In this document: positions 1 through 9,271 of the stretch, in pieces
Numbering within the stretch: position 1 is the first letter of the stretch
How the letters are laid out: the number at the start of each line of letters is the position of its first letter
Assembly (NCBI GenBank): GCA_963745075.1
Contig: CAVUWV010000004.1
Location: forward strand, 1 to 58,167
Direction of reading: 5' to 3'
Origin: Candidatus Hydrogenedentota bacterium
GTDB lineage: Bacteria; Hydrogenedentota; Hydrogenedentia; Hydrogenedentales; SLHB01
DNA: 58,167 nucleotides
Position numbers and translations under genes: made by a program
Notes under the pieces: generated by a model
Databases searched by the model: none
What the model was told of the DNA's origin: nothing
What the model saw: only the letters and a program-made list of their open reading frames with translations

Positions 1-752
1 TAACATCGCCGGGCTCGATTGCCCAGTAGTATAGGGTTTTGATGGCTACTCGCACGTCGCTGTTCGTGTACTTGGCCGTGAGCGCTGCAATTTTGTTTAG
101 CACACCGTTGTCCGTTCGGCGTAATCCCAATTCGCCGTTGTTCCAATATGGTCACCAGTTCCTCGGCCGTATAGGGCCGAAAGAATCGCCTCGGGCTGAA
201 GGGTGCTTTGAATGCTTTCATCCAGTGTCGTTGCCCAGCGCGGATTGTTGCTGAGAAGTACCGCCATGTATCCGGCGGGAGAACGGCTAAGGTAGATACA
301 CAGGATCTCCTTGGTTTTATCCTTTTCCGAGAGTAAATCCACTTCATCCAAAATCACCGCCATCTTCCCCGGGTATTTCGCTTCGAATCGCTCAACGAGC
401 TCAGAGAATGAAAGGCCGCGCGGGAACGCCCAAGAAATGTGCCAGCAGGCGAGTGCTGGTGTTGTGGAGCCGGCAATTGCCGTACAGTACGTTTAAACCG
501 CGCTCCTGGAATAGCCCGGCGAGATACCGGAGGCTCAGTGTCTTGCCGCTTCCCCTGCTTCCCACGATCAGCATGTGGTTCGCAATATGGGTCCGATCAT
601 ATCGGAGAAGGGCGTCGATTACGGGCTTGAGCTCATTCCGGAAAAGCGGGTGGGAGGGGAGGTAATTGAAGTCAAAAACGCGCAGATTCGGATTCGTTTG
701 AATCCCGTCTTAGCCGGTACTCCTTATCCCGGAGATAGTGTTCGATGTCCAT
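1..752 (-). CDS. Cdc6/Orc1-like AAA+ ATPase, frameshifted and truncated at the window edge
   Basis: Manual minus-strand translation across several 1-bp shifts gives MDIEHYLRDK..LRVFDFNYLPSHPLFRNELKPVIDALLRYDRTHIANHMLIVGSRGSGKT (Walker A, 539-562)..YGNC..MAVILDEVD (Walker B)..LLSNN..STLQPEAI..FGPYTAEELVTILEQR. This matches the Cdc6/Orc1 motif order. Confidence 0.7.
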
Positions 753-800
753 ACGCGTAAACCTCGCTGCACGGTCAAAGTGAAGCAGGTTTAAAAAGGT

Positions 801-1844
801 TTACGCTCTTCCCCTCTCACATAGCCATTCTGCCGTATTCGAATCGGTGATCAGGTAGTTCACGAATCGATGCTCCAATGCCACGCGAATCGCCTCCACC
901 TTATCCTCACCGCCAGCCACGGCGATGACTTTTCGTTGGGACCTAACGAGTCTCTGCAGATGGTCAATTTCTATGCCGTCCACGAAATAAGACAAGCGGG
1001 GTATTTTTCCGGAAACATCCATCCCTAGTGGATTGTAGGGTCTGTTACACTTCCCCAATTACGTGTTGTTTCTTGAGCTCCTCCGATCGAATGCCATGGC
1101 GCTCCAAAATCTTGATGTATGAACCAGCGTTCGGTCCAGACCTGCATGAACCGATCCCAACTATGGCCACGTGGAGATTTGCGGTACGTCTTTCGATCGT
1201 CTGACGGCAAAGCGCGTATGATGCGCCCAATCTGAATCCTTTCTCAGAGTTTCGGGGAGCGGTTGCACCGCGAAAACGGTGGCATCCTCGCCTTGTGCTC
1301 CAGTTTCCCCTGCTAACCATTTGGCGGCAAGCATTCCAACCAGACAGAATGGGGACTGGTCTATGAGCTGATCAACCTCCGTCTCGACGGTCAACTTCGT
1401 GATCTGATTCCCAGACCACCGATTTGGCGAGAGAGCAAGTATGATGTCGCGAATGGTCGCGCCGCAGCTAATGCCAACCCGACAACCGGGCTTGATTAAA
1501 CCGGATTCGCCCTCGATATGGCGCGCTGCTGAATCCGCTAGTTGCCTCCGGAAGCAGGAAGAATCCCGATCTCGCTTCGATGTAATTATCGGAAAGACCG
1601 CTGCGTCTATCAGGCGATATCGGTCTTGTAGTTGCACTTCTAACTGCTGTTCTCTAGGTAGCTGTATAATTACTTTTATGATGTTATTTTCTCGTGCTTC
1701 CCGGAGAAGACGGGACGCGGTGGCCTTGTTAATCTTCAGCTTTGCGCCAATCGCTTCAAGCGTGGGCGGGGCATCCGAGGCGAAGCGCATTTGCGCAACC
1801 AACGCAGCTAGGAGACGGCGATCTTTTGGCAATTTCTTTGGCAT
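801..1844 (-). CDS. SorC/DeoR(Bacillus)/LsrR-family sugar-binding transcriptional regulator, frameshifted
   Basis: N-terminal HTH (LEAIGAKLKINKATASRLLREARENNIIKVII), then VGISCGATI and ANLHVAIVGIGS, and C-terminal VIAVAGGEDKVEAIRVALEHRFVNYLITD. Split across ORFs 1161-1895, 1045-1320 and 801-1058. Confidence 0.85.
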
Positions 1845-2101
1845 AACGCAAGATCCTCGAGCAGCTTTAGTCCCGGTTTGTCTTCGCAAGTACAATTGCC
1901 CAAATGAAATCCAGTTTCTATTATAGCATTTATCGTCAGGAAATGTGATTTGTTGCTAAAATGTTTCCAGAACGAATACTAGCACGTATGAGCTGCAAGA
2001 GCGCGCTAAACTCAATGATTATAGTAAGCTGTCGTGGGTTACATGGTTTGTGACGTTTCGAGCGCAAATCGCCGAAGTGCTAGCGACAAACAGCAAATTC
2101 A

Positions 2102-2130
2102 TTGACAGTTCAGACATCGTGATTTATCAT
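2102..2130 (+). promoter_or_regulatory. Sigma70-type promoter
   Basis: TTGACA (2102-2107), 17-bp spacer, TATCAT (2125-2130); divergent from the SorC-like gene. Confidence 0.65.
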
Positions 2131-2876
2131 GGAAGGAGGTGAGAGGCTGCGATCTTACCGGCCTTGACCATCCAGCGGAAGGACGCGAAGAATTGGCGCA
2201 GCGAAGGATTATTAAATGCCACGCGTCCTTTTCACTTGTCGCATAGTAAAGCCCTTGCGTGGCGCGGCTACGCCACGGAAGGGCAAGACCTCTGGTCTTG
2301 ACACCGCCCCAGCACTGTTTAACCGTGAGCCGTATCTGTCCCTGAGGGATCTGACAATTTACCAGATCCCTCCACCGTGGTCAAGGGCGGCGATGGCTCC
2401 ATCTGCTTTGATTGGAGAACCGCCCCATGCGCCACCCAATCCGCAGCCGTGAATCTAACCCCCGACCGCGTCCGTTTCGTCGTTGTGAGTCAAATCTGAA
2501 CGCAAGCGTGGGGCGTACCACACCCAGTGGTACAGCCTTTGTCTTCAGTGACTTACGACTCACTTCAGGCTGGTTTCACGCCGTCCCGGGTTCCTCACGC
2601 GAACGGTCTACTATCAAACGACGAATTTGCCGAGGTTCTCTAACTTTCTCCGTGTGGTCCACCGTAATCATTGCCGAACATCCGTTGATGGTGCTCAAGA
2701 GCACTGCTGATGTCGTCCGGCATATCGTTTTTCGCCATCCAAATCCCCACAATACTATCCCGATCAATCACCATATTCCGATCCTGCAACTTCCCCCACC
2801 TCGGAGCCGTCCACCACCAGTCAACGCGACTAGTGTGTACAAGACCCTTTTGCCATAGCGCTTGGGAGGAAGAGCA

Positions 2877-3724
2877 ATGACAAGGAATCACGATGATGAA
2901 GATGGGAGGCGGAGCAAGAAGAAGCGGCGTCGGAAACGGTGCTCGCGTCCCAGAGGGCGGAAGGGAAAGCCACCCCCTAAATTGACCGAGGAAGAGCGCG
3001 CTCGCGTGTGTGAGCTTCTGCAGAATTTTGAAAAAGACCCTCGCCCTATCTTGGAGTACGGAGAGAGCGTGCTGAATAGAGACCGCCGTCGATTCTTGCT
3101 CATCAAACAGGACAAAAAGGACATTCTAGCCAAGTATGCCTGGCGGGTCAGTAAATACAAGCCGAGATTCTTGGAAGCCCAGAACCCTTGGGCATACATG
3201 AAAACGACGGTTCGCCATTGCGTGTATGACCACGTGCGCCGGCGCAAGTTCAAGGTTAACGTCACATTTCGGCCGCGCGCACGAATCAAGTCCTTGATCA
3301 AAAATCTGCGTCTCAACGGTGCAGAGATCAAGGAAAAGACGCCTAAGGGGGAAAGAAACGAAGCTTCAAAATGTGGGTCACTGCGGGCCAGGCTGCGGAT
3401 CTGCGCGATGATCCACGGGTCGAGTCATTAACGGTAGAGTTTGACGGCCGTTATAACGAACCCATCGATCCCGACAATGACGTGCCGGACCCGGATCAAC
3501 CACATTTGCACTGGCAACGACACCACGACGTGGATGCTGCGTTCGCGGAACTTAAACGAGAACTGCCAAAGCCGGCGCGGGTTCTTGAGCTCCGCTTTCT
3601 GCAGGGTAAGGGATGGAGGGAAGTCGCCAAAGAAATGGGTCTGTCAATTCGACAGTGTCAAAACCTCCTTCGCAGGGCCATTAAGTTTCTGAAGGAGAGG
3701 TTTCCGGAATTGGGCGAGTACTAG
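2877..3724 (+). CDS. ECF-type sigma-70 factor with basic N-terminal extension and internal insert (frameshift at G-run 3347-3351)
   Basis: SD GGAGGA before ATG 2877. Region-2-like PWAYMKTTVRHCVYDHVRRR and region 4 ARVLELRFLQGKGWREVAKEMGLSIRQCQNLLRRAIKFLK. Adding one G to the G5 run joins ORFs 2862-3431 and 3371-3724. Confidence 0.75.
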
Positions 3725-4899
3725 TGTATTGACTCATGCTGTTGGGAACTTATCCAACGATAGCCTTCCTGGCGCGTTGGTATTTTTCGAGGATGTCTTC
3801 GGCTTTGGCCGTCCAGGTAAATCGTCGTGGATGGTCGTTGTGTTTCTAATATAGTCGTAGATGGCGTCCTTGAGTTCTTGAACGCTCTTGAAGACGCCGC
3901 GGCGGATACGTTTGTCGGTGATTTCGCCGAACCAGCGTTCGACGAGGTTCAACCAGGATGAACTGGTGGGCGTGAAGTGCATGTGGAAACGCGGATGCTT
4001 GGCGAGCCACGCTTCACCTTGGGATGTTTGTGCGTGGCGTAGTTGTCGGCGATGCAGGTGGAGGTCCAAATCTGAGGCGTCTGATGGTCAATCAGCCTGA
4101 GGAACTTGAGCCATTCCTGGTGACGGTGTTTGGCCATGCAGGTCGCCGATCAGCTTTCCCTCGGCCAGTTCCAGCGCCGCGAACAGCGTCGTCGTGCCGT
4201 TGCGCTTGTAGTCATGGGTCATCGTTCCGCAACGGCCTTTCTTGAGCGGCAGGCCCGGCTGCGTGCGATCCAGGGCCTGGATCTGGCGTTTTTTCGTCGC
4301 AGCACAAGCACCAATGCATGCTCGGGCGGATTCAGATACAGGCCGACCACGTCGGTAGTCTTCTCGGTGAAGTGTTTGTCATTACTCACTTTGAAGGTCC
4401 GGACTCAGATGCGGTTTAAGCGCCGTTGGCTTTCCAGACCCGTTGGACCATCGAACTGCTCACACCCAAGTGTTCGGCCAGCGTACGCGTGCTCCAATGG
4501 GTGGCGTTTTCCGGCTTCTTCTGCGTCGTGGTTTCGATAATCCGGCGGGCTTGCGCGTTTCGCGTGGTGGGTTTCCGTCCGCCCCGAGGCGCATCCTTTT
4601 CGATGCCGCTCAGTCGGCGCTCGGAAAAGCGCTGGCGCCATCGCCCGACGGTATCTCGGCCGACACCCACTTCCAACGCGATATCCTTGTTAAGCCATCC
4701 CTGCGCGGCAAGCAACACGATCTTCGGCGCGGGTCACAAGGCGAACGGGGGTCTGCTTGCCCCGCGCCCATCTCTCCAAAATAGCCCGCTCCCTTTCGTT
4801 CAGCGTAATCGAACCAGCAAGTTTCAGGGCATTCATCCTCCTTTATTAGATGAATACCTCAACAATAACAAAAGTTGCATCAAATATGAGTCAATACAC
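3724..4899 (-). mobile_element. IS630-family insertion sequence (~1176 bp)
   Basis: Perfect terminal inverted repeats GTGTATTGACTCAT (3724-3737) and ATGAGTCAATACAC (4886-4899), flanked by duplicated TA in a CTAG target (3721-3724 and 4899-4902). Confidence 0.92.
3734..4836 (-). pseudogene. IS630 transposase with multiple frameshifts
   Basis: Fragments RAKIVLLAAQG..VGRWRQRF..KDAPRGGRKP..THWSTRTLA, DNYATHKHPKVK and HFTPTSSSWLNLVERWF are typical of IS630 DDE transposases. Confidence 0.88.
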
Positions 4900-5026
4900 T
4901 AGTTTCAGTCCGAACGGGCCTCCTACGTGGCCGGGGAGTTCCGATACGGTGCCCAGGTTGAGTCTGTATTACACGGGGTGGGGTGCGTTAGTGCTCCACC
5001 CCGAGCTTCAACTTGGGAGACCAACA

Positions 5027-5503
5027 ATGGATAAAGAACCTGCCGATCTCGCCGGCCGTCGCCTCGAACGCTTCATCCGGCGAGATCGCGTAATCGACGA
5101 GGAATTCGGCCACGAATTCTCTGCAGAAGTGGGCTCGGACAGTCTCGTGTCATTTGATGGCACCGTGGAAACCGTCGAGCATGCAACTCGCAAGTTATTG
5201 CCTTGTAATCATCTGTACCAGGTAGGCCAGTCGTTGGCCCAATGCGATGCTTGCAGCAAGGCCAAGAAAAGGCCCGTCTACGTCTGCAGAGACAGTTGCT
5301 CAATTGTGTGTCCGGTTACGGGCTCGGTCCTATGTTTACGTTGTTCCCGTCTTGGACCTGATGGCCGCCGGTACAGCCCCGATGGTTTGAAACAAGCAAA
5401 GAAGATGGGGCTGTTCGAGCCGCACTCCTCGCGCGGAACTTCGTTGCCCTCAATAAATACGCGGTGCCGCGGCCTACTGTCGTGGCTTCTGAACTGGTGG
5501 TAG
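5027..5503 (+). CDS. Cys-rich putative Zn-finger protein
   Basis: ATG 5027 after GGGAGA. Clusters CNH, CDAC, CRDSC, CPVTG, CLRC. First gene of a tightly spaced operon. Confidence 0.6.
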   Translation: MDKEPADLAGRRLERFIRRDRVIDEEFGHEFSAEVGSDSLVSFDGTVETVEHATRKLLPCNHLYQVGQSLAQCDACSKAKKRPVYVCRDSCSIVCPVTGSVLCLRCSRLGPDGRRYSPDGLKQAKKMGLFEPHSSRGTSLPSINTRCRGLLSWLLNWW

Positions 5504-5508
5504 TAGAC

Positions 5509-6834
5509 ATGTTCCGCGTTTTAGGCATGCCCCCGCAATCCCGCCCAAACGTAGGCGAACTTCGCCGTAAGGTGACCCAGGAACTGGGTGTCGGCCCGTC
5601 CGATCCCATATACAAGGATCTGGAACTCCTCGAAGCACACTGGAATGACCGCTTGTATGCCCACGTAAAGCGTGCGCTGGATAACCGTATGGCGGCCCGC
5701 AACGCGATACCCCGCGTTGGCGACCGCATACCGGCACCCGAGACGTTGATTGGCGAACTCCTCATTGCGATCTTCGTGACCCTGACCGGTAACCCCGCAC
5801 CCGTATGTATCTCGCCGGACCGGTTGGTATTACACACGCTAGTCGCTGGCCTTCCAGGCATGGGAAAGACGTTCTTTTGCCGTCTACTGCTGACCATGAT
5901 CGCGGCAGCGTGTCCCCACGTGCGAATCCTTATCTTCGACCCCAATCGCTCTTACGAGACACTCTGTAGCGACCCATGGATTTGGCTCTCGGTACCGTGG
6001 GATGGCATCAAACTTGGCCCTTTTGTCCCCCCACCGGGTTATCCGCTTGATCGCTGGATCTCGGAGAAGGTGGACCAATTCTGCCGTGGTGAGTTGATGG
6101 CCAGCCGATACCTCTTTGCCCGACGCCTTGACGAACTCATTGCCGAGGCGCGCATGCGCGCGGATCCTTCCGGGGCATTTGTTTATCCCGCATTTGATGA
6201 CGTACGGGAGAATCTAACCCGCAAAAGATGCCCATCCTGGAGCCCGGAAGAACGGTACCGGCAAAGCCTTTTGAATGTCCTCGATGGCCGTATACGAACT
6301 TCGGGTTCTGTCTACAATTGCTCCACCGGTATGGAATCGCTCCTGACCGACACTCGTGCTCGTATTTCCACGGATGGCCTGGCACCGCTGCAAAGTCTGG
6401 AGTTCCTGGTCACCCACCTTATTCATTACGCATGTCGCCGTCGTGCCGTTCAGCCATTGGTCGAGCCACCACAATTGCATACGCTCATCGTCATCGAGGA
6501 AGCCCAGACGCTGCTTCAGAAACACGGGGACAATATCGCGTACTACCAAGAATTGCTGCTAAAAGCCCGGGCACTGGGTGTTGGATTCATATTCGTTTGC
6601 CAGGACATCAGCCGCATCGATCCGATTGTCTTGGCAGCATGTTCTAACCTCTTTGTCTTCGGGCAAGCCAGCGCCGACGACAAGCACACATGCCAAAAGC
6701 CATTGGACCTCTCTCCCCGCGAAACCGCCTTGCTCAGTGAACTCAACGTCGGCGAGGTGTTTATTCGTCTTATTGGGCACCCGACCTTCCCCTGGCCCTT
6801 CCTTGCGAGGATTCCCGATGTCCGGCTTACCTGA
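5509..6834 (+). CDS. HerA/FtsK/VirD4-superfamily P-loop ATPase (DUF87-like)
   Basis: Walker A HTLVAGLPGMGKT, then ILIFDPNRSY, Walker B LIVIEEAQ, and arginine-finger/Q motif KARALGVGFIFVCQ. Confidence 0.85.
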   Translation: MFRVLGMPPQSRPNVGELRRKVTQELGVGPSDPIYKDLELLEAHWNDRLYAHVKRALDNRMAARNAIPRVGDRIPAPETLIGELLIAIFVTLTGNPAPVCISPDRLVLHTLVAGLPGMGKTFFCRLLLTMIAAACPHVRILIFDPNRSYETLCSDPWIWLSVPWDGIKLGPFVPPPGYPLDRWISEKVDQFCRGELMASRYLFARRLDELIAEARMRADPSGAFVYPAFDDVRENLTRKRCPSWSPEERYRQSLLNVLDGRIRTSGSVYNCSTGMESLLTDTRARISTDGLAPLQSLEFLVTHLIHYACRRRAVQPLVEPPQLHTLIVIEEAQTLLQKHGDNIAYYQELLLKARALGVGFIFVCQDISRIDPIVLAACSNLFVFGQASADDKHTCQKPLDLSPRETALLSELNVGEVFIRLIGHPTFPWPFLARIPDVRLT

Positions 6835-7574
6835 AGACAGCATCCGCATTCCTTCATTCGAGGATTTGCAGGGGCTTGTGGTGCCCCTTACACCGCTCGA
6901 GCCACCCCCAGCACCCATGCCACGCGATACGCCAAAACGGGTACGTCCCACGGCACACGGACCTTTGCGCGAGGAGTTCCTGAGGCCGGATGCGGAACGT
7001 TTTCTTCGCCACGCCGCCGAGCCTCACCATCGATGGATGACCTTGGGCGAACGGTGGGCCGAACTCGGCATACCGTCCGGAAGCGTGCAGAAACGCATTC
7101 TCGACGATCTTCGGCGCCAAGGCCTGATCCGGTTGGAGCGTAAAGGCAGGGCGTATCAGGTCCATCTGTACAAGAAGGCGTATGAGCATCTTGGGACTCC
7201 CCCCGCCCAAGGGAGAAGGCGTCGGGGGCACCAGCCACGTACTCGCGGTAAAGCAAATGACGACCGTGCTCAAACGGCGCGGATATGAGGTCCATATAGA
7301 GCGACAGGTCGGCAGAAGCAAGAAGCGCGTGGACATCGTCGCCTACGGAAAGGATCGGATTATCGGATGCGAAGTCGGCCTCAGTGACGTACGCCAGGAG
7401 TTAAAGAATCTTCGCGAAGACCTCGAGGCCGGGGTTCTTGATCTGCTGCTCTTCGTGACGACGGACAAGGCCTTGCTGGAGAAGGTTAAGAGGCTCGCCG
7501 CGAAAGACCCGGTCGTGAGCAAACACCTGCATCGGGTCAAGTTCTATTTGCTTGACGAGGAAACCGAATCATGA
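6818..7574 (+). CDS. Winged-helix + PD-(D/E)XK-like nuclease (Replic_Relax-like), frameshifted near 7195; probably the C-terminus of the ATPase
   Basis: wHTH-like KRILDDLRRQGLIRLERKGRAYQVHLYKKAYEHLG, then in the next frame SHVLAVKQMTTVLKRRGYEVHIERQV..RVDIVAY..IGCEVG. Confidence 0.65.
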
Positions 7575-7802
7575 AGAAGAACGTCGGGCGTCCTGCGACG
7601 CGTCGCCATTCTCGCCGCCTTTGCATGGGCCTATGACCACTTTGTCATCAACGGAAGTCTTTTCTTATGGAATCCAGCGATTCGGGAGTCCCTGAAATGG
7701 CTGCTCTATGCAGCCGTTGCATGGGGAATCGTCACGCTTTTTGCCGATCGCATTGGACAGGACACGAACCCGAGGGAGGATAACAACAATGAGCCAAAGT
7801 GA
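7571..7802 (+). CDS. Small two-TM membrane protein (~76 aa), absent from the ORF track because of a 1-bp shift near 7587
   Basis: ATGA overlap with the upstream stop. Corrected translation MKKNVGVLRRVAILAAFAWAYDHFVINGSLFLWNPAIRESLKWLLYAAVAWGIVTLFADRIGQDTNPREDNNNEPK; its stop overlaps the PP2C start. Confidence 0.6.
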
Positions 7803-8706
7803 AACGAATCCCGCCGTGATGGAACCACCGGCGGCCGCACCTGCTGGTGAGGACTACACGCCGCGCGTCCTTTATTCATGCCGATCAATCTCAGGAAAGC
7901 GGGAGTCCAATCAGGACGTGGCGCTGATTGCGCAGATTGTCAGCCAAGACGGCGCCCCGGTCACGGCCGCAGTGGCATGCGATGGCATGGGCGGGCATAA
8001 AGCGGGCGAACAGGCATCGCATCTGGCCGCGCACGACAGTCTGGCGATGCTGATGTCCAAACTGCTTGGGTGTCCTCTTGAGGATCTCGACCGGGAGTTG
8101 CCCGCACTGCTTTTGGAGGCTTTCCAAAGCGCCAACATCGCGGTAATGACCGATGCCGCGAAGAACCCAGCCTGCCGCGATATGGGAACGACGATGGTGA
8201 TGGCGGTACTTGTGGGTACCACGTTGTACGTCGCCAACGTTGGGGACAGCCGAGCCTACCAATACCATGAGGAGACCCTTGAACCGCTCACGCGTGACGA
8301 CAGCTTTGTCCGACTCCTTATCGACCTGGGGCAGATTTCCGCCGAGGAGGCGGAAAACCACCCTCGCGCCAATGAAATCATCCGGTGCATCGGCTCCGTC
8401 GACGCCCTGGACGATTTCGGTGTCACGATTCATTCCCTTGAGGCGGGCGACTGCATCATCTTGTGCTCGGACGGCCTTTGGAAGTACGGCGAGGAGGACA
8501 TCCCCGCTACGTGCTCGTGGTTGTCCGCGCAGCCGTTTACTCCCGCCAGTCTCAATCAGGCGACCAAGAACCTGACAGACCAAGCCCTGGCGCGGGGTTC
8601 AGATGACAACATCTCGGTCGTCCTGATTTGGCTCGAACCCACATCGACGGAACCGTTGTATGAGGTATCGGACAACTCGGATCCAACATCCCTGAAGGAG
8701 AACTAA
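7789..8706 (+). CDS. PP2C/PPM-family Ser/Thr protein phosphatase
   Basis: Motifs RESNQD, VACDGMGGH, MGTT, NVGDSRAY, LCSDGL and GSDDNISVV; SD GGAGGA upstream. Confidence 0.95.
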   Translation: MSQSETNPAVMEPPAAAPAGEDYTPRVLYSCRSISGKRESNQDVALIAQIVSQDGAPVTAAVACDGMGGHKAGEQASHLAAHDSLAMLMSKLLGCPLEDLDRELPALLLEAFQSANIAVMTDAAKNPACRDMGTTMVMAVLVGTTLYVANVGDSRAYQYHEETLEPLTRDDSFVRLLIDLGQISAEEAENHPRANEIIRCIGSVDALDDFGVTIHSLEAGDCIILCSDGLWKYGEEDIPATCSWLSAQPFTPASLNQATKNLTDQALARGSDDNISVVLIWLEPTSTEPLYEVSDNSDPTSLKEN

Positions 8707-8708
8707 CC

Positions 8709-9263
8709 ATGGCAAGCGGAAAGTGTCACGATTGCGGCGCCTCATTCGGCAAGGGCGCAAAGTTCTGCAAAAAGTGCGGTGTCAACTTAGTCAAGGAAGA
8801 TCCTGCAGACAGCAGCACTGAAGTCCTGACCGACGCCGCCCTCGATGAACTCGAGGAGACCCCGTGTAAACCCGACACGTCCGAATCCGAAGCATCTGAC
8901 CTTTACGTGGTTACGGAAGCGCACGGCGATCTCTTTGAGGATGCGGTAGCCGCTCCGCCGGAAAAACCTCGCGGCGGCAGCGTCACTATGACTGTGCGCA
9001 ACGGATTGGCGGCTGGCCGGACCCTCCGTATTCCTGAAGGTGCCAAACTCGTTGTTGGCGCCGGCGCCGACGCCGACCTCACGCTTAACGATGAACGCGT
9101 TTCGCGCAAGCACTTGGCGCTGCGCGTGGACGGTGGAAAGCTTCTGGCTGAGGACCTTGGCAGCACCAACGGCACCTTTCTCGCCGTCACGACTCCGCGC
9201 GAACTTTACCCCGACGATGTCATCGTTCTTGGTAGCACCCTGCTGCAGGTGGGAAAGGAGTGA
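8709..9263 (+). CDS. Zinc-ribbon + FHA domain protein
   Basis: N-terminal CHDCG..AKFCKKCG, acidic linker, FHA motifs VSRKHL and DLGSTNGTF. Confidence 0.9.
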   Translation: MASGKCHDCGASFGKGAKFCKKCGVNLVKEDPADSSTEVLTDAALDELEETPCKPDTSESEASDLYVVTEAHGDLFEDAVAAPPEKPRGGSVTMTVRNGLAAGRTLRIPEGAKLVVGAGADADLTLNDERVSRKHLALRVDGGKLLAEDLGSTNGTFLAVTTPRELYPDDVIVLGSTLLQVGKE

Positions 9264-9271
9264 TCCCAATC

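Noticed and set aside
2455..2575. Hammerhead-ribozyme-like text on the minus strand (CTGAAGTGA-GTCGT...ACGAC-GAAAC)
   Set aside because: The core has two extra bases relative to CUGANGA, and I could not form stems I and III. It needs an Infernal search before any claim.
2216..2891. Several short ORFs on both strands between the promoter and the sigma gene
   Set aside because: No recognisable motifs or RBS, and they overlap each other and the hairpin cluster.
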